Positions 8,633 to 17,565 of a stretch of 35,888 nt of DNA are shown here, piece by piece. The stretch spans positions 1 to 35,888 of the forward strand of contig CANFKN010000001.1 in NCBI GenBank assembly GCA_947447385.1. Reading direction: 5' to 3'. The position numbers were made by a program, and so were the translations under genes. How positions within the stretch are numbered: the first letter of the stretch is position 1; each line of letters opens with the position of its first letter. Source of the DNA: Microbacteriaceae bacterium. Its GTDB lineage: Bacteria > Actinomycetota > Actinomycetes > Actinomycetales > Microbacteriaceae. The notes below the pieces were generated by a model. That model ran no database searches. It had not been told where the DNA came from and saw only the letters and a list, made by a program, of their open reading frames with translations.

Positions 8633-10888
8633 TTATTCTTCGTCGCTGGCGTCGTCGGCTGAAGCGCCTTCTTCACCCTCAACAACTGGAGCTAGCGAAA
8701 GCTTGCCACGGTCATCAATCTTTGTGATTTCAACCTGGAGGCGCTGACCGACCTCAAGAACGTCTTCAACGTTCTCAACGCGCTTGCCACCAGAGATCTT
8801 GCGAAGCTCTGAGATGTGCAATAGGCCATCTTTGCCAGGCACTAGCGAAACGAACGCACCAAAGGTGGCTAGCTTCACAACGGTGCCCAAGAAACGCTCG
8901 CCAATTTCAGGAACGTGTGGGTTTGCGATTGCGTTCACAGCGGCACGTGCAGCTTCAGCTGATGGGCCGTCGGTTGCGCCGATATAGACAGTGCCGTCTT
9001 CTTCGATCGAGATGTCTGCGCCAGTCTCGTCTTGAATCTGGTTGATCATCTTTCCCTTAGGGCCAATGACCTCACCAATCTTGTCAACTGGAATCTTCAC
9101 AGCGATAACGCGTGGAGCAGTTGCTGCCATCTCGTCAGGAGCGTCAATTACCTGCTCCATGATGTCAAGAATGAAGTGACGTGCTTCGCGAGCCTGAGTC
9201 AACGCGCCGCCCAAGACAGAGGCAGGAATGCCGTCAAGCTTGGTGTCGAGCTGAATCGCGGTTACGAAGTTGCGAGTGCCCGCAACCTTGAAGTCCATGT
9301 CGCCAAGAGCGTCTTCTGCACCGAGGATGTCGGTTAGAGCTGCATACTTGGTCTGGCCATCGATGGTGTCTGAGATTAGACCCATTGCGATGCCCGCAAC
9401 GGTTGCCTTTAGTGGCACACCAGCGTTTAGCAAGGCAAGAGTCGAAGCACAAACCGAACCCATTGAGGTTGAACCGTTTGAACCGAGAGCTTCTGACACC
9501 TGGCGAATTGCATATGGGAACTCGCTGCGGCTAGGAAGAACCGGAACCAAAGCACGCTCTGCAAGCGCACCGTGACCGATTTCGCGGCGCTTTGGAGTGC
9601 CAACGCGGCCAACTTCACCAGTTGAATAAGGAGGGAAGTTGTAGTTGTGCATGTAGCGCTTGCTTGTCACCGGGGTCAAAGCGTCGATCTGCTGTTCCAT
9701 CTTGAGCATGTTCAAAGTGGTGACACCAAGAATCTGGGTCTCGCCGCGCTGGAAGATTGCTGAACCGTGAACGCGAGGAATCACGCCAACTTCAGCATCG
9801 ATTAGGCGAATGTCGCGAAGACCACGGCCGTCAATGCGAATGCCCTCGTTTAGAACGCGGGTGCGCATTACCTTCTTGGTCACTGACTTATAAGCAGCGC
9901 CGAACTGAGCCATCTGAGCTTCGTCAAGACGCTCTGCAAGCTTCTCTTTGGTGCTTGCCTTCAGTGCGTCGTCAGCGTTCTGACGCTCGACCTTGTCGGC
10001 AATCTGATAAACAGCAGCCAAGTCAGACTGAGCAATTTCAGCAACAGCGTTGAAAACCTCGTCGGTGTAAGGCAAGAAGACTGGGTATTCAGCTGTTGGC
10101 TTTGCAGCCTTAGCAGCCAAACGAGCCTGAGCCTCAATGAGGGTTTTGATGAAAGGCTTTGAAGCCTCAAGGCCCTGAAAGACTACGTCTTCGCTAGGTG
10201 CAACTGCACCCTCAGAGATTAGGTTCCAAGCGTTCTCTGAAGCCTCAGCTTCAACCATCATGATTGCAACGTCTTCGACGCCGTTCTCAACGATTAGGCG
10301 ACCAGCAACGACCATGTTGAACACGGCACGCTCAAGCTGTGAGTACTTAGGGAAAGCGACCCACTGACCGTCGATTAGTGCAACACGCACACCACCGATT
10401 GGGCCTGAGAATGGCAAACCAGCAAGCTGGGTTGACATAGAAGCTGCGTTGATTGCGATTACGTCATAAAGCTCGTCAGGAGCAATTGCCATAACCTGAA
10501 CAACAACCTGAATCTCGTTGCGCAAACCGTCAACGAATGAAGGGCGAAGTGGGCGGTCGATCAAACGGCAGGCAAGAATTGCCTCGGTTGATGGGCGACC
10601 TTCACGGCGAAAAAAGCTGCCTGGAATCTTGCCAGCTGCATACATACGCTCTTCAACGTCGATGGTTAGCGGAAAGAAGTCAAACTGATCTTTTGGCTGC
10701 TTGCTAGCGGTGGTTGCTGAAAACAGCATGGTTTCGGCGTCTAGATAAACTGCAGCTGCACCCTGTGCCTGCTGAGCTAGTCGACCGGTTTCGAAACGAA
10801 TAACGCGCTTTCCGTATTTGCCGTTATCGATTTCTGCATATTCGAATTGTGTGCCATCCATTGGCTCTACTTTGTCTGGACCAACCAT
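8633..10888 (-). CDS. pnp: Polyribonucleotide nucleotidyltransferase
   Basis: [25 protein letters not shown] and DMDFKVAG motifs; KH and S1 domains; SD GAGGAG. Confidence 0.98.
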   Translation of the reverse strand: MVGPDKVEPMDGTQFEYAEIDNGKYGKRVIRFETGRLAQQAQGAAAVYLDAETMLFSATTASKQPKDQFDFFPLTIDVEERMYAAGKIPGSFFRREGRPSTEAILACRLIDRPLRPSFVDGLRNEIQVVVQVMAIAPDELYDVIAINAASMSTQLAGLPFSGPIGGVRVALIDGQWVAFPKYSQLERAVFNMVVAGRLIVENGVEDVAIMMVEAEASENAWNLISEGAVAPSEDVVFQGLEASKPFIKTLIEAQARLAAKAAKPTAEYPVFLPYTDEVFNAVAEIAQSDLAAVYQIADKVERQNADDALKASTKEKLAERLDEAQMAQFGAAYKSVTKKVMRTRVLNEGIRIDGRGLRDIRLIDAEVGVIPRVHGSAIFQRGETQILGVTTLNMLKMEQQIDALTPVTSKRYMHNYNFPPYSTGEVGRVGTPKRREIGHGALAERALVPVLPSRSEFPYAIRQVSEALGSNGSTSMGSVCASTLALLNAGVPLKATVAGIAMGLISDTIDGQTKYAALTDILGAEDALGDMDFKVAGTRNFVTAIQLDTKLDGIPASVLGGALTQAREARHFILDIMEQVIDAPDEMAATAPRVIAVKIPVDKIGEVIGPKGKMINQIQDETGADISIEEDGTVYIGATDGPSAEAARAAVNAIANPHVPEIGERFLGTVVKLATFGAFVSLVPGKDGLLHISELRKISGGKRVENVEDVLEVGQRLQVEITKIDDRGKLSLAPVVEGEEGASADDASDEE

Positions 10889-11063
10889 TGGTCTCTCCTC
10901 TTATTCCTCGTTTTTCAGCCCGAGTCACACCTGAACCTCACCACGCGCTTCAAAAAGTTTCGAAGGGGGTGTGTGGCCTCAGGCAACACGCATTAAAACG
11001 TGCCGAGACTGAACTGAAAATGAGCGTTCGCGCAGATTAACCTGCCCACATTTGAGGGTTGCC

Positions 11064-11121
11064 CTGGTCTGCAGTTGTCGATCTTGTGAATTTCACCCCA
11101 AGAACAGCAACCGAAGACCAG
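11064..11121 (-). promoter_or_regulatory. Actino-pnp-like leader RNA hairpin
   Basis: Minus strand CTGGTCTTCGGTTG...CAACTGCAGACCAG forms a long stem near the 5' end of the pnp leader. Candidate -10 TAGTCT at 11148-11153. It resembles the known Actino-pnp motif. Confidence 0.65.
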
Positions 11122-11221
11122 CAAACCTGCCACGATGCTCTATCTAAAGACTAACAGAATGGGTGACAAAAGCCTAGAAGCGCAGTCGAAACAGTCGCTT
11201 TGCAGGTTGAGCGGTCGCTTA

Positions 11222-11259
11222 AATGCAAAATGCATCCTCGTTTTTATTTCGAGGATGCA
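11222..11259 (-). terminator. Intrinsic terminator after rpsO
   Basis: Perfect 10-bp inverted repeat TGCATCCTCG/CGAGGATGCA (11231-11259), followed by TTTTGCATT on the minus strand. Confidence 0.75.
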
Positions 11260-11312
11260 CCTTGCTCTTGCAAATCTTTTCGGCACTTTTTCGGGTGCCA
11301 GCGTGGTTTCGC

Positions 11313-11582
11313 TTAGCGGCGAAGGCCCAAACGCTCGATTAGGTTGCGGTAACGGTTGATGTCAACGCCCTGTAGGTAGCCGAGCAAGCGACGACGCTGA
11401 CCAACAAGAATCAACAAGCCGCGACGGCTGTGGTGGTCGTGCTTGTGGTCTTTTAGGTGCTCGGTTAGGTCTTTGATGCGCTGGGTTAGCACAGCAACCT
11501 GGACCTCTGGAGAACCAGTGTCACCCGGGTGAGTTGCATATTCATTGATGATTGCGGTTTTTACTGCTGAGTCGAGAGCCAT
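11313..11582 (-). CDS. rpsO: 30S ribosomal protein S15
   Basis: [10 protein letters not shown] and DHHSRRGLL motifs; 89 aa; SD GAAAGGA. Confidence 0.99.
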   Translation of the reverse strand: MALDSAVKTAIINEYATHPGDTGSPEVQVAVLTQRIKDLTEHLKDHKHDHHSRRGLLILVGQRRRLLGYLQGVDINRYRNLIERLGLRR

Positions 11583-11667
11583 TTTGATTCCTTTCAGAGA
11601 TCTCGCTGCACGGTGCCAAAAACGGATTGTTTAGGCGCTATCTTTCCGTGGCCGATTCACGGCAACC
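11583..11667 (-). promoter_or_regulatory. rpsO 5' leader, probable S15 autoregulatory RNA
   Basis: -10 TAAGCT at 11673-11678. The leader has pairable segments CCGTG/CACGG and GCGCC/GGCAC. Structured S15 leaders are established in Actinobacteria. Confidence 0.55.
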
Positions 11668-11745
11668 TGTCTAGCTTAGCCTAAAAGCGCAGCGAGCGCG
11701 ACCTCCCGGCTGCCAAGGGCTCGGCAGCGCGCGTCTAGTTTCTGG

Positions 11746-12291
11746 TTACACCCAGCCGTCAGCAGGTGGCTGTGTGACCGGAGCGAAGCGGTTGCCGCGC
11801 CAAGATGGCTTTGACTTCAGCAGAGTGACGACGAACAAGAATATCTGAATCGGAATGAACGTTAGCAAGACAACGCCGAAAGCAGCACCGAAACGATCAA
11901 GCAGCATCAGATCTTGGGCTTTGGTTGGTTCAGCGACTGTGGCATAAACCATGAACGTGTCAACGAACAACAGAATTGCGCGAGACTGAATCACGGCAAC
12001 GATGATTGGAACCAGAGACAGTAACAACCAATATCCACTAAAGCCAGCGTCGTGAAAACGACGCACCATCATAGGAATCACCCAAATATAAAGCGCTATC
12101 TGAACCAAATTTGAAAGCGTGAAGATGGTCGGCGAGCTTTGCCTGCCAGCGATCAGGCTGTCGAGGGTGCCGCACACCATTCCCACCAAGGTAGCGAATA
12201 GTGTGAAATACCAATACTCGCGACGGTCAGAAACTCCGCGATAGTCGTTCCAACGTGTGAACACGCTCTTGATTGCGCCTGCAAAAGTCAT
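11746..12291 (-). CDS. DUF805 (YhaH-like) membrane protein
   Basis: Y.G...RREYW and VRRFHDAG.SG.W motifs; several TM segments; SD GGGAG. Confidence 0.88.
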   Translation of the reverse strand: MTFAGAIKSVFTRWNDYRGVSDRREYWYFTLFATLVGMVCGTLDSLIAGRQSSPTIFTLSNLVQIALYIWVIPMMVRRFHDAGFSGYWLLLSLVPIIVAVIQSRAILLFVDTFMVYATVAEPTKAQDLMLLDRFGAAFGVVLLTFIPIQIFLFVVTLLKSKPSWRGNRFAPVTQPPADGWV

Positions 12292-12336
12292 TGTGACTCC
12301 CTTCGCTATTAGTTTATTCGCTTGGGCTTACCGATT

Positions 12337-12385
12337 AAAAATAGAAGCCCCCGAACACCCTAGGGGGTGGCGTTCGGAGGCTTCT
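12337..12385 (-). terminator. Long terminator-like hairpin with a C-rich loop after the acidic repeat protein gene
   Basis: Minus strand AGAAGCCTCCGAACGCC-ACCCCCTAG-GGTGTTCGGGGGCTTCT forms a 17-bp stem with two G-U pairs, followed by ATTTTT. Confidence 0.75.
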
Positions 12386-12442
12386 GCGCAACAGGCCGGT
12401 GGGATTAGTCCGGTTTGAATCTATTGCGGGTCTATGAAATTT

Positions 12443-13012
12443 TTAGTCGTCGTCGCCTTCGTCTTCATCGTCGCCTTCGTCATCGCCGCTACCGAAGGTC
12501 GGTGCGCCGCTCGAAGTTGCTGTTGGCTTTGGCGTTCTCGTGTGCTTCGTCTTGTGTTCGCCTTCGTCATCGCCTTCGTCATCGCCCTCGTCATCACCAT
12601 TGCTAAACACTGGCGGAACAACGATTTGTGGGCCTGAGGTCGCGCCTGGGTCGGTTGCAGTAGGGTCTGTCGCAGTTGCCGATGGGTCAACCAGGGCTGG
12701 GTCGGTTGCAGTAGGGTCTGTCGCAGTTGCCGATGGGTCAGCCACAGCTGGGTCGGTTGCGGCTGGGTCAGTTGCTGCAGGGTCTGTTGAAGCTGGGTCG
12801 CTGAGTGCTCCGGCGCCTGGCAAAATGTTTGGCAGGGTGCCGGTCATGGCGAATGCGCCACCGCCAACCAAGATGCCAAAGATCACGAACCCGCTGGTCA
12901 TCAACAGACCAGCTTTGACTCGCGATGAACCCTGTGGGCGCTTCTCGTAGTCATAGACATCGTTGATGTCCGTTGGTGGCTGTTCTACGAAGTCAAAATC
13001 TTTTTCACTCAT
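12443..13012 (-). CDS. Hypothetical single-pass membrane protein with DP-x-x-T repeats and DDEG acidic tracts
   Basis: 189 aa with a charged N-terminus, one hydrophobic helix (AGLLMTSGFVIFGILVGGGAFAM), an Asp/Pro/Ala/Thr repeat region and two GDDEGDDE tracts. It has its own upstream signals and a terminator. Confidence 0.75.
   Translation of the reverse strand: MSEKDFDFVEQPPTDINDVYDYEKRPQGSSRVKAGLLMTSGFVIFGILVGGGAFAMTGTLPNILPGAGALSDPASTDPAATDPAATDPAVADPSATATDPTATDPALVDPSATATDPTATDPGATSGPQIVVPPVFSNGDDEGDDEGDDEGEHKTKHTRTPKPTATSSGAPTFGSGDDEGDDEDEGDDD
12646..12760. repeat. In-frame 51-bp-period tandem repeat inside the acidic protein gene
   Basis: Identical 44-bp copies at 12646-12689 and 12697-12740, plus a partial third copy at 12748-12760. 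Confidence 0.9.
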
Positions 13013-13114
13013 TTTTTACTCTCTGGGTTCGCCTTGACGGTGCGTCAAACTTTGAACCCTAAAATCTCTTCTCGATTATTAAGCCATTAGTTCTTGCGGT
13101 TATTCGCAAAAAAG

Positions 13115-13132
13115 GCTGTGAAAATGCTGAGA
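13115..13132 (-). promoter_or_regulatory. OmpR/PhoB-family response-regulator box (TCACAGC-N4-TCACAGC type)
   Basis: The minus strand reads TCTCAGC-ATTT-TCACAGC, an 11-bp-period direct repeat immediately after the ribF stop and upstream of the 189-aa gene. Confidence 0.55.
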
Positions 13133-13133
13133 G

Positions 13134-14075
13134 TTATTTTGCTTCGAGAATGCGCGTGATTTTCTCGAGGTCACGATGTATCTCGGCAACCAATTCATCG
13201 ACGCCGTTGAACTTGGCAGATGTGCGAATAAAGTCGATGTATTCGAGGGTTACTACCTTGTCATAGAGGTCAAGTTGGGTGAAACCGATGACGTGCGATT
13301 CGACCAAACGCGGCACTTCTTGAAAGGTTGCGTTGACACCAACTGAGTGAGCGGCTGGGTAGCGCACGCCGTCGGCAATAAGCCAACCGGCATAAACACC
13401 ATCAAGTGGCAAATAACCTTCAGCGCTTCGGCTTATGTTGGCGGTAGGAAAACCAATTGTGCGGCCAATCTTCAAGCCGTGTTCGACAGCGCCGACAGTC
13501 GTGTGCACCCGCCCAAACATTCCGTTGGCAGTTTTGACGTCGCCGCGATCAAGAGCATCGCGAATCGCGCTGGTTGAAATTTTTTCGCCGTTGAACTCGA
13601 CAGGCTCTAGAACTTCGACTACAAAACCGTGTTTTTGACCGAGCTCAATCAACTTGGCTGTGTCGCCAGCACCGGCGTGACCGAATCGAAAATCCGGGCC
13701 GACAACGACATGTTTGGCATGCAAGGCTTCAACCAAAACCTGCTCGACAAACTCCTCGCCGGTTTGCGCTGCCAGTTCGGCGGTGAAAGGCAAAGTGAGA
13801 ACCGCGTCAACACCGAGCTGCTCAATGGCTCGCAACTTTTGCCCAGGGCCAATCAGTGGCAAACGAAGTTGATCTGGCTTCAGAACTGCATCGGGGTGCC
13901 GATCGAAAGTGACGACAACACTGCGAGACGCTCCCCCAGCGGCAGCCTGCTGTTGGCTTTCGACGACCTTCGAAATGAGTTTTTGGTGCCCGAGGTGAAT
14001 TCCATCAAACTTGCCTATCGTCACAAACGACGCAACGTCGTCAGAAATTTCAGCCAGTGAGTTGAAGTGAATCAT
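13134..14075 (-). CDS. ribF: Bifunctional riboflavin kinase/FAD synthetase
   Basis: IGKFDGIHLGH, TFDRHP, DFRFG, ISTSAIR, GFPTAN and GVYAG motifs. Start moved to the ATG at 14075, which forms a TAATG overlap with the upstream gene. Confidence 0.96.
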   Translation of the reverse strand: MIHFNSLAEISDDVASFVTIGKFDGIHLGHQKLISKVVESQQQAAAGGASRSVVVTFDRHPDAVLKPDQLRLPLIGPGQKLRAIEQLGVDAVLTLPFTAELAAQTGEEFVEQVLVEALHAKHVVVGPDFRFGHAGAGDTAKLIELGQKHGFVVEVLEPVEFNGEKISTSAIRDALDRGDVKTANGMFGRVHTTVGAVEHGLKIGRTIGFPTANISRSAEGYLPLDGVYAGWLIADGVRYPAAHSVGVNATFQEVPRLVESHVIGFTQLDLYDKVVTLEYIDFIRTSAKFNGVDELVAEIHRDLEKITRILEAK

Positions 14076-14485
14076 TATTTGTCGAAACCTTTTTGCTTGC
14101 GATTCAAATAGAACAGACCGAAAATTGGCAAAACAAGAGGTAGGCAGGCATAGGCCGCGCCATAGAACCACCAAACGGTGTGAAAATCGCCCAGTTCAGG
14201 AATGTAAAAGCCGAGAGTGCCAACGCTGATAACACCGGCAAGTTCGAACCACAACGCGACTCTTGCAACAACCGCTGCGCCTTTGCGTCGACTAGCCAAA
14301 GCGAATGCCACTAAAACATAAATTAATGCCGATGCGGCAGACAGAGAATAAGAAAACGGTGCAAGCTCAAATTTGGTAATCAGCTCGAATGATGCCCGAC
14401 CAGTCGCAGCTAGAGCAAACACTCCATAGACAGCAATCAAGAGACGGCCAGCGCCGAGCTTTGAGGTTGTTTTTTCGTTAGGCAC
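14075..14485 (-). CDS. Conserved actinobacterial integral membrane protein
   Basis: GRLLIAVYGVFALAATGRA and four TM segments. GTG start at 14485 has TAAGCT 7 nt upstream; coupled to ribF. Confidence 0.8.
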   Translation of the reverse strand: MPNEKTTSKLGAGRLLIAVYGVFALAATGRASFELITKFELAPFSYSLSAASALIYVLVAFALASRRKGAAVVARVALWFELAGVISVGTLGFYIPELGDFHTVWWFYGAAYACLPLVLPIFGLFYLNRKQKGFDK

Positions 14486-14518
14486 AAAGACAAGCTTAAC
14501 CAAACGAAAGAGACGTGT

Positions 14519-15631
14519 TTATTGGTTAACGTCTTCTTCTGGAATCACTGGTGCTGGCAACCCTGTCGAGACTGCCGACAAGGCTTCGATGCGGGTGGCT
14601 TCGGCGACCGGCAAAAGATAGGTGCTGCCGATTAGGCCCTGCTCGTCTTGACGCATCAAATAAAGCCCGACGGCGCGAGTGATCTTGTTGTCTTCGCCAA
14701 CGAGTTTCATATAGACGCTAAAGATTGCCCCATAGGCTGGGTCAGCATTGTCGGCACCTGCCGGCGGCAAAGGTGCAACTGAGTGATCGATTAGCGCCGT
14801 CACATCATCGCCCGAACGAGTGGTGATCATCTGCGTTGCTGCCGAGGCCACGCCAACCACGTCGGCTGCAACCGCGAGGTCGATGTTTTCATCGCTTGGG
14901 TCTTTGCCAATGATGATGCTCGCCGAAATCATCGGCATGACAGCGTTGAAATCGAACTCAGCTTTGAGTGAAAGCGGCACAAGCGCGACGCCACCGACTG
15001 GCAAGTTGGTCAGGGTGTCTTGGGTAAGCGATGGCATGGCCTTGAACTTTGACGCCTCAGCAGTTTTGCCACTCAAGAACGAGATCCAGCCAGAGAAAGC
15101 ATCCATCGCATTCTGGGTTGAATCAGCAGTCAGGGCAATCGGCCCTGGTTCAAAGGTTTCGTTTGGGTTCGAGTCAGCGATTAGCGGGTCAGACCAGTCG
15201 GTGATGCTGCCGTCGATGATGCCCGCTGCAGCTGCCGGTGAAAGGTTCAGCGCTGAGTTGTTCGGCAAGTTAGCAACTAGAACGGCTGCATCAACCGCCC
15301 AAGGCACGCTAGCAAAAGCTGGCTTAGTGCCAAAGTTGCCATCGGTTGAAACCACAATGTTTGCGCTGTCAATCGAGTCGGCAAGTGTTGCCGACATAGC
15401 CACCAGCGCGTCAGTGCTGCCGTTGCAACTCGTCTCGACGCCATAAACCAAACCGTCTTGCGCGTCGATAACCTCGTGCGGCAATGAAACCGATGCTGAA
15501 CCCTCAATGCACGTCGGATACTGCTCTGCCCACGCAGCCAACACCTCAGGTGGCGGTGGCGGTGTGCAACCCGTTAGCAAAGCAGCACTGGCAAGTGCCA
15601 AAGCTGAATACTTAGCGATTTTCGCAAACAT
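14519..15631 (-). CDS. Lipoprotein with a degenerate PstS-like substrate-binding fold
   Basis: Lipobox LLTG-C22. IIDGSITDWSDPLIADSNP matches the PstS 'G.I..W.DP.I...NP' segment. It follows pstB. Canonical phosphate-binding motifs are not recognisable. Confidence 0.7.
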   Translation of the reverse strand: MFAKIAKYSALALASAALLTGCTPPPPPEVLAAWAEQYPTCIEGSASVSLPHEVIDAQDGLVYGVETSCNGSTDALVAMSATLADSIDSANIVVSTDGNFGTKPAFASVPWAVDAAVLVANLPNNSALNLSPAAAAGIIDGSITDWSDPLIADSNPNETFEPGPIALTADSTQNAMDAFSGWISFLSGKTAEASKFKAMPSLTQDTLTNLPVGGVALVPLSLKAEFDFNAVMPMISASIIIGKDPSDENIDLAVAADVVGVASAATQMITTRSGDDVTALIDHSVAPLPPAGADNADPAYGAIFSVYMKLVGEDNKITRAVGLYLMRQDEQGLIGSTYLLPVAEATRIEALSAVSTGLPAPVIPEEDVNQ

Positions 15632-15674
15632 TTTGACCTTAATCGGTTGTTGAAGGGCGTTCTAAAAAGTGGCT

Positions 15675-16463
15675 TTAGCCGAAGTGGCCGTTGACGTAGT
15701 CGTTGGTTCGAGGGTCAACCGGGTTGTTGAACACGTCGTCGGTCTTGCCGAACTCAACAACACGACCAGGGTTGCCTTCTTCGCTCAAGAAGAAGGCTGT
15801 CTGGTGTGAGACACGCTGTGCCTGCTGCATGTTGTGCGTAACAATAACGATTGTCATCGAGTCTGAAAGCTCAGTGATGGTCTCTTCAATGCGGCGGGTT
15901 GAGCCCGGGTCAAGCGCTGAACATGGTTCGTCCATAAGCAAAACTTCTGGGTTCATTGCCAAAGATCTCGCGATGCAAAGACGCTGCTGCTGACCACCCG
16001 AGAGTGAAAGGGCTGGGTCGTTCAAACGGTCTTTAACTTCGTTCCAAATCGAAGCGCGACGCAGTGAGGTCTCGACAACTTCTTCGGCAATGTATCCCCG
16101 TCGACCAGTGAGCTTCAAACCTGACAAAACGTTTTCACGAATCGACATTGTCGGAAAAGGGTTTGGTTTTTGAAAGACCATGCCGATGTTCAAACGAACA
16201 TCAACTGGGTCAACTTCAGCGCCATAAATGTCTTTGTCGTCGAGCAAAACTCGGCCAGCGAAACCTGCGCTAGGAATCAACTCGTGCATGCGGTTAAGCG
16301 TGCGCAAGAAAGTTGACTTGCCACAACCTGATGGGCCGATTAGGGCGGTCACCTGGTTGCCAGGAAAATTCAACGATACGTTCTTTAGAACGTGACGCTC
16401 GCCAAACCAAACGTTGACGTCTTCAGATCGCAGGTGCGATGCGCTAGTTGCGATATTTTCCAT
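15675..16463 (-). CDS. pstB: Phosphate ABC transporter ATP-binding protein
   Basis: [48 protein letters not shown] and HNMQQA motifs. Start moved to the ATG at 16463. Confidence 0.97.
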   Translation of the reverse strand: MENIATSASHLRSEDVNVWFGERHVLKNVSLNFPGNQVTALIGPSGCGKSTFLRTLNRMHELIPSAGFAGRVLLDDKDIYGAEVDPVDVRLNIGMVFQKPNPFPTMSIRENVLSGLKLTGRRGYIAEEVVETSLRRASIWNEVKDRLNDPALSLSGGQQQRLCIARSLAMNPEVLLMDEPCSALDPGSTRRIEETITELSDSMTIVIVTHNMQQAQRVSHQTAFFLSEEGNPGRVVEFGKTDDVFNNPVDPRTNDYVNGHFG

Positions 16464-16467
16464 CGTC

Positions 16468-17565
16468 TTACTTTCTCTTCTTAGCTTTAGTTGATTTTGC
16501 CGAACCCAAAACACGAGCAAGGCTGAACAAAACGAATACCAAAATCAAAATGACCAGTGCCGCACCCCAAGCACGCTGCTGGCTGGTGGCCTGAGCTTGG
16601 CTGATGTAGCTATAAAGGTAGGTCGGTAGGGTCGCGATTGAGCCCTCGAACACGTTGAGGTTCGTGTTGTTTGCAGGTGCTGTGGTCAAAATCAGCGGAG
16701 CGGTTTCACCGATGATGCGGGCAACACCCAAAAGCGCGGCGGTGATCAAACCAGAGCGTGCAGCCGGCAAAGTGACCTGCCAAAAAGCCTTGAATGCCGG
16801 CGCACCGAGAGCATAAGCGCCGTTGCGCAGCTCTTGAGGCACAAGGCGCAAAGCTTCTTCAGCGATTCGAGCAACGGTCGGCAACATGAGCGGGAACAAT
16901 GCAATCGAACCAACCCAACCGGCCTGCTGGGTGAAGCCGGTAGCGTTGCCGAAGTTCGGTGAAATAAGTAGCGCAAAGATGAACAAACCCGATACCACCG
17001 AAGGCAAACCAGACATAGCCTGCACCAGGGTGCGAACAGTTGAACGCATGCGACCACGGGTCTCGGTCAGATAAACCGCAATCAAGATTCCCAGTGGAAT
17101 CGTGAAAAGCGTGGTCAAACCAACAATCAGAACCGTGCCGAGAACTGCGTGGCCGACGCCACCGTATCCCAGTGAAGTTGTTGGTGAAATATAAACATTG
17201 TTCTGGCTGATGAACTGCGGGCTCATAGCACGAATGCCGTTCACCACAACCGAGAACATAACCGACACCAGCAAAACGCCAACGAGTGTGCTGAAGAAAA
17301 TCGTGAAGATTACCAACAGGGCGTCGCCGCGACCTTTTTTGCCATAAATGTATTGGCCAACGCTAACCGAAGCGATGATCTGCAGCGGCAAGAAAACGAG
17401 AATCGTCGCAACAGTTGGGTCGAGCGCTGCACCGAGAGTGATGATCACGGCTAGCACCATCGGCAAAACCGAGGCAGCCGTGATAAGCCACGTGTTTTTA
17501 GGGTTGCGAACCTGCCAAGGCTGTGACTTAGGCCTAGGCAATGCAGAAAGGTCTAGTTCACTCAT
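16468..17565 (-). CDS. pstA: Phosphate ABC transporter permease PstA
   Basis: [26 protein letters not shown] and RAWGAALV motifs. The ATG at 17565 forms an ATGA overlap with the pstC stop. Confidence 0.95.
   Translation of the reverse strand: MSELDLSALPRPKSQPWQVRNPKNTWLITAASVLPMVLAVIITLGAALDPTVATILVFLPLQIIASVSVGQYIYGKKGRGDALLVIFTIFFSTLVGVLLVSVMFSVVVNGIRAMSPQFISQNNVYISPTTSLGYGGVGHAVLGTVLIVGLTTLFTIPLGILIAVYLTETRGRMRSTVRTLVQAMSGLPSVVSGLFIFALLISPNFGNATGFTQQAGWVGSIALFPLMLPTVARIAEEALRLVPQELRNGAYALGAPAFKAFWQVTLPAARSGLITAALLGVARIIGETAPLILTTAPANNTNLNVFEGSIATLPTYLYSYISQAQATSQQRAWGAALVILILVFVLFSLARVLGSAKSTKAKKRK

Noticed and set aside
12646-12760. 51-bp-period repeat considered as a CRISPR array
   Set aside because: It is an in-frame coding repeat with only 7 variable nt between copies.
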